Below, in pieces: positions 39,657 through 49,679 of a stretch of DNA of 64,000 nucleotides. The stretch is taken from NCBI GenBank assembly GCA_035631715.1, contig DASQIF010000042.1, positions 1,582 to 65,581 on the forward strand, given 5' to 3'. The position numbers and the translations under genes are program-made. Origin of the DNA: Candidatus Acidiferrales bacterium (GTDB lineage Bacteria; Chloroflexota; Limnocylindria; P2-11E). The notes beneath the pieces were generated by a model. It was not told where the DNA came from, searched no databases, and saw nothing but the letters and a program-made list of their open reading frames with translations. The number at the start of each line of letters is the position of its first letter. Within the stretch, counting starts at the first letter, position 1.

Positions 39657-42600
39657 GCCGGGCCGACGATCCGTCCGGACACGCGCGTCGCGAGACCGAG
39701 CGCCGCGTCGAGCTTCCACGCGTTGCGCTCGAGTGGATGACCCTCGCGATCGAGCTCGGCGTCGAGGGCGCGGTGTAGGTCATCGGCCGTGGCCCGGCGT
39801 CCCTCGAGGGCGCGCTCGGTCGCGCGCGCGCGCCACGGTGTCGGCGCGATCGCGCCGAGCACGACGCGCACGTCACGCCACGTCCCGACCGGCTCGACGC
39901 GCGCCGACACCGCGGCCGACGCCAGCGCGAAGTCGCCCTGCCAGAGGCCGAGCTTCTCGAACGCGCCGCGGCGCGCGAGCGCGTCCGGTCCGATGCGGAT
40001 GCGCGTGACGAGCTCGCCGTCCTTCAGCACCGTCTCGCCAGGGCCGGTGTAGAAGTCCGACAGCGCGACGGTCCGCTCGCCGGCCGCGCCGCGGATCACC
40101 GCGTCGGCATCGAGGGCCACGAGCGCGGTCGCGAGGTCGGAGGGCGTGACGGCCTGGCAGCGATGCGCGCCGAGCGCGGCGTGATAGAAGCGGTGATCGC
40201 CCTGCACCGCGTAGCACGGACACGTCACGCCGCCCCGCTTGTAGCAATCGAAGCCGTTGCGGAAGAACCAGCAGCGCTTCCCCTGCACGAGGTTCCCGCC
40301 GACCGTCGCGACGGCGCGGATCTGGGTGGAGGCGATCGAGCGCGCCGCCTCCGCCAGCACGGGAACATGGGTCGCGAGCTCGCGCGCTACCTGGGCGAGC
40401 GTCACCCCCGCGCCGATCTCGAGCGCGCCGTCGTCGGCGGTGCGGATGCGCCCGAGCTCCTCGATCTCGGCGAGCGCGACGAGGCGCGTCGGGTTCGTGA
40501 GGCGCTGCCGCCGCTGCAGGAGGAGGTCGGTCCCGCCCGCGATCGCGGCGGCGTCCGGCCCGAGCGCGCGCACCGCATCGTCCAGCGTTGCCGGCGTGGC
40601 GATCTCGGCGATCGCGCGCCGCGGCCGGCGCTTCGCGAAGCGCGTGCCGATGTGGTCGAGGACCCAGTGCAGGCCGAGGGGATATGAGCGACGGATGAAT
40701 TCGATCTCCCATCGCTTCGGCCGCGCCCAGATGCGGAACGAGCGCCTTCGTCGATGCTCCTTCGCGGCAAGCGCCGCGAGGACCTTGTCCGGCGTGAACG
40801 GGAGGTCACGCAGGCGGATGCCGACGGCGTCGTAGATCGCGTTCGCGATCGCCGGCGCGGCCGGGATCACGGCGAGCTCGCCGATGCTCTTCGCGCCGTA
40901 CGGCCCGTTCGGGTCGGGATCCTCGACGAGGATCGGACGCACGCGCGGCACGTCGGCGGCACGCGGAAGCGCGTAATTGATGTAGGTCGGGTTCACCGGC
41001 CGGCCGTTCTCGTAGATGAGCTCCTCGCCGAGCACCGCGCCGAGGGCCATGACCACGCCACCGATGATCTGGCCCTCGACCATCATCGGGTTGATGGCCT
41101 TGCCGATGTCGTGGGCCGCGACGTAATCGAGGATCCGGATGCGCCCGGTCGCGCGGTCGACCTCGACCTCGGCGGCGTGCGCGGCGAAGGTGTACGCCGC
41201 GGAGAAGTTCGGCGACTTGCTCGACCCGGGCGGCTCCATGATCGTGTCGGTGTAGGCGTCCTCGTGCGTGAGCACGCCGCCCGCGGGCACGCGCTCCCCC
41301 GCCTTGAGACGCTCGGCCATGCCGCGCGCGGCCTTGCGCACCGCGTGACCGGTCATATAGGTGCCGCGCGATGACCACGCGCCCTGATCGATCGGGGTGC
41401 GCTCGCTGTCGATGGAGAGGACCTCGACGCGCTCGTACGCGAGGCCGAGCTCCTCGGCCGCGATCTGCGCGAGGATGCCGCGCTGTCCGGTGCCGGCATC
41501 GGCGCCGCCGAAGCGCACCCGCGCGCGGCCGTCCTCGTACAGATCGATCGCGGCCATGCTCGTGTTCGATCCGGGGATGGCGTACGAGCCGCTGCCGTGC
41601 ATGGCCGCTGCGACCCCGACGCCGCGCCCGGCGCGCTTGTTCCTGCGCTTCTCGGTCCAGCCGATCGCGTCGCGGACCGAGCGCAGGCAGTCGTCGAGCC
41701 GCGCCGAGGAGAGCTTCGCGCCGCAGAGGGCGACGGTGTTCGGCTGGTTCGCGTTCTGGATGCGCAGCTCGAGCGGGTCGCGGCCGAGCTGCTCGGCCAG
41801 CTCGTCGACCGCGCTCTCGAGCGCGAACGACGCCTGCGGGCTGCCATAGCCGCGGAACTGGCCCCCGGGCACGAGGGCCGTGTCGATGAGGCGTGCGTCC
41901 CAGACGACGCCGTCGGGCATGTAGATCGTGCCGAAGGTCTTGAGGCCGACGTGCATCACCGAAGGGCCGAAGTGGTTGTACGCGCCGTTGTCGACGTCGA
42001 TGCGCGAGTCGAAGAGCGTGATGCGGCCGTCGCGGTCGGCGCGAGCCTCGAGGTGGACGCGGAACGCGTGGCGCGGCTTCGTGTACGCGAACTCCTCCTC
42101 GCGGGAGAGCGCGATCTTCACCGTGCGACCGCTCTTGCGCGCGAGCGCGGCGGCGAGCGCCTCATGCTCGGAGACCTTGGACTTCGATCCGAAGCCGCCG
42201 CCCACCGCGACCTCGCGGCAGATGACCTGCTCGCGCTTGAGGCCGAAGACTTTGGCGAGCTCGCTCACCACGAAGTGCGGCGCCTGCGTCGACGTCCAGA
42301 GCTCGAAGCGCTCGGCCTCCGTGTCCCAGCGCGCGATGCAGATGTTCTGCTCCATGACCGCGTGTCCGACGCGCGGATACCAGTACGTGCCGCGCGAGAT
42401 CACCGAGCCGTTGCGCCGTCCGAGCTCGGCGTCGCCCCACATGCCGGCGCTCTTCAGCGACACGTTCCCTTCGCCGGTCTTGCGCTGGTGCAGACGGAGC
42501 GCGCCAGGGGCGAGCGCCTCGTCGATGGTGAGCGGCGCGCGATGCGGTCGGTACTTGACGACGATCGCGTCGAGCGCGTCGGCGGCCTGCTCCTCGGTGT

Positions 42601-42919
42601 CGGCCGCGACCGCGGCGACCTCCTCGCCGACGTAGCGGACCACGCTCACCGCGAGCGGACCGCGGTCCGACGTGTCGCCGCCGCTGTGGATGTAGCGCGC
42701 GCCGGGCGGGAAGTCTTTCGCGGTGATGACCGCGCGGACGCCGGGCATGGTCTCGGCACGCGTCGTGTCGATCGAGAGGATGTCCGCGTAAGGGTGCGGC
42801 GAGCGCAGGATGCGGCCGGCGATGACGCCCTCGATCGGCAGGTCCGCGGTGTACGCGTCGGTGCCCGCGGTGCGCTTGTCCCAGCCGATCGCGCGGACGC
42901 GCTGGCCGACGACGGTCAT
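39653..42919 (-). CDS. Xanthine dehydrogenase/CO dehydrogenase-family molybdopterin hydroxylase: natural fusion of large (CoxL-like) and FAD-binding medium (CoxM-like) subunits
   Basis: It is a 1088-aa continuous ORF. The first ~740 aa carry aldehyde-oxidase/xanthine-dehydrogenase Mo-binding motifs (GGGFGSK, IGELAVIPAAPAIANA). A basic linker follows, then a ~290-aa FAD_binding_5/CO-dehydrogenase flavoprotein domain (AIAGGTDLLL). Confidence 0.85.
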   Translation of the reverse strand: MTVVGQRVRAIGWDKRTAGTDAYTADLPIEGVIAGRILRSPHPYADILSIDTTRAETMPGVRAVITAKDFPPGARYIHSGGDTSDRGPLAVSVVRYVGEEVAAVAADTEEQAADALDAIVVKYRPHRAPLTIDEALAPGALRLHQRKTGEGNVSLKSAGMWGDAELGRRNGSVISRGTYWYPRVGHAVMEQNICIARWDTEAERFELWTSTQAPHFVVSELAKVFGLKREQVICREVAVGGGFGSKSKVSEHEALAAALARKSGRTVKIALSREEEFAYTKPRHAFRVHLEARADRDGRITLFDSRIDVDNGAYNHFGPSVMHVGLKTFGTIYMPDGVVWDARLIDTALVPGGQFRGYGSPQASFALESAVDELAEQLGRDPLELRIQNANQPNTVALCGAKLSSARLDDCLRSVRDAIGWTEKRRNKRAGRGVGVAAAMHGSGSYAIPGSNTSMAAIDLYEDGRARVRFGGADAGTGQRGILAQIAAEELGLAYERVEVLSIDSERTPIDQGAWSSRGTYMTGHAVRKAARGMAERLKAGERVPAGGVLTHEDAYTDTIMEPPGSSKSPNFSAAYTFAAHAAEVEVDRATGRIRILDYVAAHDIGKAINPMMVEGQIIGGVVMALGAVLGEELIYENGRPVNPTYINYALPRAADVPRVRPILVEDPDPNGPYGAKSIGELAVIPAAPAIANAIYDAVGIRLRDLPFTPDKVLAALAAKEHRRRRSFRIWARPKRWEIEFIRRSYPLGLHWVLDHIGTRFAKRRPRRAIAEIATPATLDDAVRALGPDAAAIAGGTDLLLQRRQRLTNPTRLVALAEIEELGRIRTADDGALEIGAGVTLAQVARELATHVPVLAEAARSIASTQIRAVATVGGNLVQGKRCWFFRNGFDCYKRGGVTCPCYAVQGDHRFYHAALGAHRCQAVTPSDLATALVALDADAVIRGAAGERTVALSDFYTGPGETVLKDGELVTRIRIGPDALARRGAFEKLGLWQGDFALASAAVSARVEPVGTWRDVRVVLGAIAPTPWRARATERALEGRRATADDLHRALDAELDREGHPLERNAWKLDAALGLATRVSGRIVGPA

Positions 42920-43785
42920 GCCGCGAGGCTCCGGAGACGCGGCAGCAGCGCAGCCGCGGTCTCGACCGCCGCCCGCACGTCGGCGCTCGTGTGCGCCTGC
43001 ACCGGGAACAGCATGAAGTCGGTGAAGCCGTGCTCGAGCGAGCGGCGCGCGATCTCGACCGGCGTGTCGCTGCCGTCCGCGAGCATCACGTGCGCGCGTC
43101 GGATCGTCTTCGGGTCACGGCCCACGGCACGACAGTGCTCGTCGAGGACCTTCGATAGCGCATACGTCGACTCCATGGCCGCACCGTTCGTCGGCCAGAC
43201 GTCGCAGCTCCACACGTCGGCGCGCTTGGCGGCGACGCGCAGCGTGCGCTTCGGTCCGTTGCCGCCGATCCAGAGCGGCGGGCCCGGGCGCTGCAGCGGC
43301 TTCGGCTCGCAGATCGCGTCGTGCAGCTGGTAATAGCGGCCGTCGAACGACGCGCGCGGCTCGGTCCAGAGGGCCTTCAGCACCTGACACGCCTCGTCGA
43401 GCCGCTCGATGCGCTCACGCGCGCTCGTCGGGAATGGCATGCCGTACGTCGCGAACTCGGATGCGTTCCACCCCGCGCCGATCCCCATCTCGAGACGGCC
43501 GCCCGAAAGGTGATCGACCGTGACCGCGATCTTCGCCAGCAGGCCCGGATGGCGGTAGAGGTTGCCGGTGACGTTGAGGCCGATGCGCACGCGCTTCGTG
43601 CGCTCGGCGACGGACGCGAGCGTCGTCCATCCGTCGAAGACCGGGCCCTCTTGATGAATCGCGACGAGATGGTCGAAGAGCCAGAGATGGTCGAAGCCCG
43701 CCTCGTCCACCATGCGCCACGCCTCGCGCTGTGACTCGAGCGAGAAGATCTGCTGCGACAGCTTGAGGCCGACACGCAGCTTCAC
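42916..43785 (-). CDS. LLM-class F420-dependent oxidoreductase (Rv1855c-like)
   Basis: A GTG start overlaps the coxS-like stop, and its stop overlaps the start of the Mo subunit. It has luciferase-like motifs (FDHLWLFDHL, GRLEMGIGAGW). Confidence 0.8.
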   Translation of the reverse strand: MKLRVGLKLSQQIFSLESQREAWRMVDEAGFDHLWLFDHLVAIHQEGPVFDGWTTLASVAERTKRVRIGLNVTGNLYRHPGLLAKIAVTVDHLSGGRLEMGIGAGWNASEFATYGMPFPTSARERIERLDEACQVLKALWTEPRASFDGRYYQLHDAICEPKPLQRPGPPLWIGGNGPKRTLRVAAKRADVWSCDVWPTNGAAMESTYALSKVLDEHCRAVGRDPKTIRRAHVMLADGSDTPVEIARRSLEHGFTDFMLFPVQAHTSADVRAAVETAAALLPRLRSLAA

Positions 43786-44273
43786 TCGCCGGCCGCGGCA
43801 GCGCCTGCCGCGCGCCGCGCGGCCCGCTTCCGCGCGGTCATGAGCACCGCGTCGACGATCTGCGCGTATCCGGTGCAGCGGCACACGTTTCCCGACATCT
43901 GCTCGCGCACGGTGCGCTCGTCAGGGACACCGCCGCCGGCGAGCAGCGCCTGCGCGCGCACGACCTGGCCGGGCGTGCAGAAGCCGCACTGGAAGGCGCC
44001 GGCGTCGGCGAAGGCCTCGCGCAGATCGCGCGCATCCTCGGCGATGCCCTCGATCGTCGTGACCTCGCCGCGCACGAGGGACGCGAGCTGGATGCACGAC
44101 ATCACCGGCTGTCCGTCGATGAGCACGGTGCAGGCGCCGCACTCTCCGCGCTCGCACGCCGCCTTCGCGCCGGTCAGGCGGAGACGTTCGCGCAAGACGT
44201 GCAGCAGCGTGTCGCCGGGCGCGAGCTCCACGTCGGCGTCGCGGCCGTTCACGCGCAGGCGGCGCGCGCTCAT
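43782..44273 (-). CDS. (2Fe-2S)-binding small subunit of molybdopterin hydroxylase (CoxS-like)
   Basis: It has two [2Fe-2S] motifs (CERGECGACTV and CGFCTPG...CRCTGY). Confidence 0.9.
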   Translation of the reverse strand: MSARRLRVNGRDADVELAPGDTLLHVLRERLRLTGAKAACERGECGACTVLIDGQPVMSCIQLASLVRGEVTTIEGIAEDARDLREAFADAGAFQCGFCTPGQVVRAQALLAGGGVPDERTVREQMSGNVCRCTGYAQIVDAVLMTARKRAARRAAGAAAAGE

Positions 44274-44277
44274 GGGG

Positions 44278-45153
44278 CTAGAGGTCGTGCCAGTCGTCGG
44301 CTGCGGGACGCCACACGTCGATGTTCCGCGCGTCGATCGACATGCGTCGCGGCTTGGCGGTCGCGTGCTCCTCTTCGGTGAGGCGGCGGTGGCCGTCGCA
44401 CAGCTCGATGCGCGGCCCGTGCCTGTCGTCCTCGATGTAGAAGGCGATCGACTTCGAGGCAGAGTGATTCGCCATGTCCGCGGCGATGCGGACCTTGTCG
44501 TATACGGCGAGCGCGCGGCCCCGCATCACGTGGTCGAGGCTCTTCATCGCGAAGCAGATGTGCGCGATCTCCTTCTCTTTGGAGCGGCGCATGGCGAAGG
44601 AGTGGTGGAGACGGTTCTCGCTCCGAAGGAACGCGGTCACGTTCGCGATGTAGTCGGACGCGCGGAAGCCGAGCACGTCGAGATAGAACTTCAGGGTCTC
44701 GTCGAACTTCGGCGTCCCGATGAACGGGTGGACGATGTAGGCCGGCGTGTAGAACAGCGACGGCATCTCCGCCCACTCCTGGTAGTCGGTGAAGAACTCG
44801 AGGGTGTTGCCCGCGGGGTCGACCGTCGCGAAGCCGCCGGCGCACCACTGCTTCTGCGCCTCGTCCAGCTCCTTGACCGGTGCGCCCGACGCCTTCACGC
44901 GCTGCTTGATCCCCTCGAGGACCTCCTCCGACTCCACGCTGAAGCCGAACGCGCGGACCTCGTGCTTCTTGAGCGCGCGGTCCTCGACCAGATCGAGCGA
45001 GTGGTGCGGCAGGCCCGCGCGCAGGTACGTGTGACCGTCGGTCTTGCCGGCGAGATCGACGCCGACGTACTTCATGTACCACGCCTTCGTCGCCTCGAGA
45101 TCGGGCACGGCGATGCGCGCGTACTCGAAGCTGTAGGGGCCCTTCATCGTCAT
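44278..45153 (-). CDS. Two-domain VOC-family extradiol ring-cleavage dioxygenase (catechol 2,3-dioxygenase-like)
   Basis: The ATG at 45153 is preceded by a GGGAGGTG SD. It has a duplicated glyoxalase/VOC fold and metal-binding His/Glu positions. Confidence 0.7.
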   Translation of the reverse strand: MTMKGPYSFEYARIAVPDLEATKAWYMKYVGVDLAGKTDGHTYLRAGLPHHSLDLVEDRALKKHEVRAFGFSVESEEVLEGIKQRVKASGAPVKELDEAQKQWCAGGFATVDPAGNTLEFFTDYQEWAEMPSLFYTPAYIVHPFIGTPKFDETLKFYLDVLGFRASDYIANVTAFLRSENRLHHSFAMRRSKEKEIAHICFAMKSLDHVMRGRALAVYDKVRIAADMANHSASKSIAFYIEDDRHGPRIELCDGHRRLTEEEHATAKPRRMSIDARNIDVWRPAADDWHDL

Positions 45154-45181
45154 CGCGACACCTCCCAGGTCCTCTTCGCCA

Positions 45182-45667
45182 TCACAGGATGAAACTAAGC
45201 CGTCCGCCGGGCCGGAGCACCTCGAGCTCGAGCACCGCCCGGCGCTTCCAGAATCGCAGGCGACCGCCCTCGGTCGAGAGCACATGCTCGTACCGGCCGA
45301 CGAACTGGTCGACGTTGCCGTCGCGGATCTTGTAGATGAGGAACGCCGCGTACACCGGCAGGAGCGTGCCGTCGGCCTTGCCCAGGCGCACGTTCGTCAC
45401 GAGACGGCGGGTGCGCGAGTGCGGGTTCTCCGCGTGCGCGTGTTTGCTCTTCAGCCGGCGCACGCGCGCGGAGAGGAGCTCGTAGTCGTCCCACACGTAG
45501 TACTGCGAGCGACGCGGATCCTCGTTCGGACGGTCGGTCGTCGGCACCTCGTACGTGGCGCCCGGCTCGAACGTCTGGAGCCACTCGTCCAGCCGCCACG
45601 CGTCGAGGAGCGCGGCGTCCTCGAAGAGGAAGTCCTCGACCTCCTGGCGCGTGACCGTGGCGATCAC
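45182..45667 (-). CDS. Aromatic ring-hydroxylating dioxygenase beta (small) subunit
   Basis: It has an NTF2-like fold and the motif FLFEDAALLDAWRLDEWL. It is joined to the alpha subunit by an ATGA overlap. Confidence 0.85.
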   Translation of the reverse strand: MIATVTRQEVEDFLFEDAALLDAWRLDEWLQTFEPGATYEVPTTDRPNEDPRRSQYYVWDDYELLSARVRRLKSKHAHAENPHSRTRRLVTNVRLGKADGTLLPVYAAFLIYKIRDGNVDQFVGRYEHVLSTEGGRLRFWKRRAVLELEVLRPGGRLSFIL

Positions 45668-46986
45668 CGCGGCGCCGACCCGCTCAGGACGTCGTCCCAG
45701 TGACGCCAGAAGCCGCGGATGCCGGCTTCGTCGACGTTGCGCGCCGGCTGACCCTCGGCCTCACGCGCCATGCCGCGGCTGATGTCGCTCCAGTCCACGG
45801 CGGGGCGCGGATCGCCCGCGGTCGCGACGATGCCGCGCTGCACGCACTCGTACGCCTCGACGTCGTCGGGGGTCGCGAGACCGCCGGGGCCGATGAACGA
45901 GCCGAGGATGCGGATGCGCAGCTCGCGCTCCTCCGGTGTCTCGGTCGCCGGCGCGAGCTCCCAGGCGCGGACGTCGGTGAAGTCGGGGCGGACCGGCTCG
46001 AGCTGCCGCGCCGCGAGCCCCTCGATGTCGAAGAGCAGCAGGTTCGGGAAGACGTAGAGGATGCGGCTCGTGCTCGCGATGCGCTTCGCGCGCTCCTCGC
46101 CGACGCGGCCCGCGAGACGCTTCACGTTCTGCTCGGTGAGCGACTTCTGCGCCTCCCCGAAGCGCGGCTCCCACTGCATGCCGACGCGGCCGCCGTGTCC
46201 TGAGAACACCAGCACGCTGTGCCCGTTCTCGAGCGTGATCGCGCGGCCGCCCTCGTCGCTCGTCACGTACCCCGTGGTCTTCAGGTACTCGACGAACGTC
46301 ACGTGCGTCGGCGAGAAGTGGTAACCGTCCATGGCGTTCTCGACCGCGAGCTTCCAGTTCCCGCGGATCGCGTACATGTGCGTGCCCGGGATGACCTCGA
46401 GGCCGCGCTCGGAATGGTCGACCATGAGGTCGAGGTAGTCGCGCGCGTCGGCGAGGTGCTCCTTCAGGCTCGGGCCGTCGGCGGCGAACGAGACGAAGAC
46501 GAAGCCCCGGTAGTTCTCGAAGCGCGGCGGCTGTCGCAGACCCATCTCCGCGGCGAACCCGCGCTCCGGCGGATACGCACCGGGATCGGGGATGCCGACG
46601 AGCTCACCGGTGTTGGCGAACGTCCACGCGTGATAGAAGCACTGATAGGTCTTCGTGTTGCCCTCGGTCTCGCGGCAGAGCACCGTGCCGCGATGCGGGC
46701 AGGAGTTCAGGTAGGCGCGGACACGGCCCATCGAGTCGCGCGCGAAGATGAGCGGCCGTCCCGCGAGCGTGCGCTGCTTGAAGTCACCGGTGTTCGGCAC
46801 CTCGGTCTCGTGGCCGAGATAGAGCCAGCTGCGGTCCCAGATGAGCCGCCGCTCGTCGTCGAGGACCTCCGGCGAGCGGAACGCCTCGCGGTTCACGCGG
46901 AAGATGCGCCGGCCCCAGTCCTCCTGTATGAACCGGGTGCTGCGGTCGGCGGTCCGCGGCCGAGCGTCGATCGTCGTCTGCGTCAT
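45664..46986 (-). CDS. Rieske non-heme iron aromatic ring-hydroxylating dioxygenase alpha subunit
   Basis: It has a Rieske motif (CPHRGTVLCR...CFYHAW) and a mononuclear iron site (DGYHFSPTH). The start is at MTQTTIDARP. Confidence 0.9.
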   Translation of the reverse strand: MTQTTIDARPRTADRSTRFIQEDWGRRIFRVNREAFRSPEVLDDERRLIWDRSWLYLGHETEVPNTGDFKQRTLAGRPLIFARDSMGRVRAYLNSCPHRGTVLCRETEGNTKTYQCFYHAWTFANTGELVGIPDPGAYPPERGFAAEMGLRQPPRFENYRGFVFVSFAADGPSLKEHLADARDYLDLMVDHSERGLEVIPGTHMYAIRGNWKLAVENAMDGYHFSPTHVTFVEYLKTTGYVTSDEGGRAITLENGHSVLVFSGHGGRVGMQWEPRFGEAQKSLTEQNVKRLAGRVGEERAKRIASTSRILYVFPNLLLFDIEGLAARQLEPVRPDFTDVRAWELAPATETPEERELRIRILGSFIGPGGLATPDDVEAYECVQRGIVATAGDPRPAVDWSDISRGMAREAEGQPARNVDEAGIRGFWRHWDDVLSGSAPR

Positions 46987-47048
46987 GCTCTTCGCGTTTC
47001 TCCCCTCGTCTCGCGATACGATACGACCTCTCGCATCGTGCGCGCGCG

Positions 47049-48050
47049 CTATCGGGGCGGCCTCAGCGCGTAGTCGGCGCCCATCGCGACGCCGACGAGC
47101 CCGGAGAGGTTCGCGAGCGAGAACACGATCCGCGTCTCCTCGCCGCCGGCGCGCACGCCAACGGTGATGCCGTTGCGGCGCGGCGGGAGACACACGATGT
47201 CGCCGCGCTCGGTCGCGAACGACTCGTCGTCGACGTCGATGATCGGCCTTCCGGCGAGGACGTAGGCGTAGCCGTTCCCGGGCATGGTGAGCAGCTCGCT
47301 CTCCTGTCGCGGCTCGAGGCGCTGCGTGAACACGAACATCGGCGCGGTCCCGGCGAACCCGGGCGCCGCCGGGTGCACGTACCACCGGAGCTCGCCGAAG
47401 CCGTTCTTGTCGACGGGCAGGTCCGCTCGGCGGATGAGGGCCGGCGGATGCAGCGTCTCGCGCTGCCGGTCGCGGAGCTCGATGAGGCCCGCGAGGGTCG
47501 GCGATGACGGCGCGCTCGCGACGCCGCGATCGACGGCCTTCCCGGCCTTGGCCGCCTCCCATTTCGACTCGCGCGTCTGCGGCTCGAGCTGCACCATCTC
47601 CGCCCCAAGCCCCACCACGAGCGGCTCGTAGATGATGCCCATGAATTTCGACGGCCGGTCGTCGCGCGCGCGGAAGTGCTGGTGGTCGAGACCGCCCGGG
47701 ACGATCGGGAGGAGCACGGCGTCCTCCGCGGTCCAGTCGAAGCGCTGTCCGTTCACGACGCTGTAACCGTCGCCCTCGACGCCGAAGATGGTGATGCCGC
47801 CCTGGTGGGTGTGACGGCCGCTCGGGACACCGGTGTGATCGCGAACGAAGACGACCCACTGCGTGAGAGCGAGCTCCTCGAACTGCGGCATCACGTAGAA
47901 CTGGCTCGTGCCCTGTCGACTGTCGACGACCGGCACGTCCGTCCTCTTGATGTGCAGCTTCCCGTAGTGCGCTCGCTTGTAGAGCTGCTCCCACCGGGTG
48001 AACAGGTCGTCGTAGTCGCGTCCGGTGGTCACGGTCACGGTGCGGCTCAC
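47049..48050 (-). CDS. Bicupin dioxygenase-like protein (gentisate/1-hydroxy-2-naphthoate 1,2-dioxygenase-like)
   Basis: It has two cupin barrels with His-rich motifs (HTHQGG in the first). A GTG start overlaps the IclR stop as GTGA. Confidence 0.65.
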   Translation of the reverse strand: MSRTVTVTTGRDYDDLFTRWEQLYKRAHYGKLHIKRTDVPVVDSRQGTSQFYVMPQFEELALTQWVVFVRDHTGVPSGRHTHQGGITIFGVEGDGYSVVNGQRFDWTAEDAVLLPIVPGGLDHQHFRARDDRPSKFMGIIYEPLVVGLGAEMVQLEPQTRESKWEAAKAGKAVDRGVASAPSSPTLAGLIELRDRQRETLHPPALIRRADLPVDKNGFGELRWYVHPAAPGFAGTAPMFVFTQRLEPRQESELLTMPGNGYAYVLAGRPIIDVDDESFATERGDIVCLPPRRNGITVGVRAGGEETRIVFSLANLSGLVGVAMGADYALRPPR

Positions 48051-48901
48051 GCGGATCTCCCGTTCATCGCTGTCTCGGGCAGCGCGCCGAAGTCGCGCGA
48101 CAGCTGCGACGCCGTCGCGAGGAGCGCGCGAGCCATGTGCGAGCTCGTGGACTCGGGCACCGACGCGCTCGTGCCGACGATGGCGACGGCGGCGATGCAG
48201 TGGTCGCCCTGGTACACCGGCGCCGCGAGGGCGCGGATCCCGGGTTCGACCTCGGATGCCTCGGCGATGCCCTCCTTGCGGATGCGACGCAGCTCGGCCG
48301 CGAGGCCGGTCTCGCGTCGCAGCGCGCGCCGTAGGCCGGAGATGTCCGACTCGGGCAGGAACGCGCAGAACACGCGGCCCTGGCTCGAACGGAACGGCGT
48401 GAGACGCGCCCCGGTGTGGATGCTGATGCGCACGAGCCGGTCGGGGTTGTCGTCGACGCGCACGACGATCGGCGCCTCACCGTCCCAGATGGAGAGCACC
48501 ACCGTCTCGTTCACCTTGCGCACCAGGGCCTCCATGTGCGGGCCCGCGATCGCCACCACGGGCAGGCCCGCGCCGGCGGCCGCGGACAGCGTGAGGACCT
48601 GCGGGCCGAGGGTGTACTCGTTCGTCGCGGGATCGAATCGCAGCAGGTTCGCCTGTCGCAGCGCGACGGTGTAGCGGTGCGCGGTGGCGCGGCTCACGCC
48701 GAGGCGCGCGGTGATCTCCGACAGCGAGCGCCGCGGCCGGCCGACGGTGAAGAAGCCGAGGATGTGGGCCGCGCGGGCCACCGACTGGATCGCCGACTCG
48801 TGGCCATTGGCATCTTTCGTGGCCCGGAGAGCGGCGCGATCTCGCACGACGGCGAGTGGTGTAGCACGGGCCGCTGTGCGCGTCGAGGCGCGTCGCGTCA
48901 T
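48047..48901 (-). CDS. IclR-family transcriptional regulator
   Basis: It has an N-terminal HTH (IQSVARAAHILGFF...LSEITARLGVSRATAHRYTVAL) and a C-terminal IclR effector domain. It is embedded in the operon by overlaps on both sides. Confidence 0.85.
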   Translation of the reverse strand: MTRRASTRTAARATPLAVVRDRAALRATKDANGHESAIQSVARAAHILGFFTVGRPRRSLSEITARLGVSRATAHRYTVALRQANLLRFDPATNEYTLGPQVLTLSAAAGAGLPVVAIAGPHMEALVRKVNETVVLSIWDGEAPIVVRVDDNPDRLVRISIHTGARLTPFRSSQGRVFCAFLPESDISGLRRALRRETGLAAELRRIRKEGIAEASEVEPGIRALAAPVYQGDHCIAAVAIVGTSASVPESTSSHMARALLATASQLSRDFGALPETAMNGRSA

Positions 48902-49677
48902 GCGAGCACCTGCCGCGTCGCCGCGAGGACGCTCGCGAGACCCGCGCGCATGAACTGCACGTCCGAACCGATGAGGACGTAGCGGAGGCCCTGACCCGCG
49001 AAGGCCGCGAGCTGCTCCGCGTTCGCGACCCACGCGCCCATCGGCACCGACGCGCGGCTCGCCGCCGCCGCGATCTCGGCGACGCGCGCCTTGACGCGCT
49101 CATCGTCGAGCTTCCCCGGGCGGCCCATGTCGACGGACAGATCGGTCGTGCCGATGAAGGCGCAGTCCAGGCCGCGGAGGATGTCATCGAGGCCGTCGTC
49201 GGTCTTCGCCGTCTCGATCTGGCCGACGAGCAGCGGAAAGTCCCTGCTCTTCTGCAGATATGTCCCGAGCGGGATCCCGCTGTAGTCGGCCTGTGGATGC
49301 GCGAGGCTGACGCTTCGCGTGCCATCGGGTGCGTAGCGCGTGGCCGCGACGAGCGCGTCGCGATCCCGCCGCGAGCGCAGCGTCGACAGCTGGATGCCCG
49401 CGGCGCCCGCCTCGAGCATGCGGTTGATCTGGCCGGCGTCGCGCGTGGGCGTGCGCACGAGCATGGGCAGCCCAAGGGCCGCGCCGTGACGGAGCAGCGC
49501 GAGGATGGCGGCCTCGTCGAGCTGCGAGTGCTCCCCGTCGATGGTGGCGAGGTCGAAGCCGACCGATCGCACGAGGTCGACGCTCTCGAGCGCCGGAAGC
49601 TTCACGAAGGTCCCGACGAGCGGCGCGCCCGAGCCGAGCCGGTCGCGCAGCCGCGTCGCCGGGACGGCGTCGGTCAC
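48898..49677 (-). CDS. HpcH/HpaI aldolase-family protein (2-keto-3-deoxy acid aldolase)
   Basis: It starts with GTG 2 nt after the upstream stop. It matches the HpcH_HpaI consensus (LVGTFVKLP, IDGEHS, GQIETA). Confidence 0.8.
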   Translation of the reverse strand: MTDAVPATRLRDRLGSGAPLVGTFVKLPALESVDLVRSVGFDLATIDGEHSQLDEAAILALLRHGAALGLPMLVRTPTRDAGQINRMLEAGAAGIQLSTLRSRRDRDALVAATRYAPDGTRSVSLAHPQADYSGIPLGTYLQKSRDFPLLVGQIETAKTDDGLDDILRGLDCAFIGTTDLSVDMGRPGKLDDERVKARVAEIAAAASRASVPMGAWVANAEQLAAFAGQGLRYVLIGSDVQFMRAGLASVLAATRQVLA

Positions 49678-49679
49678 GT

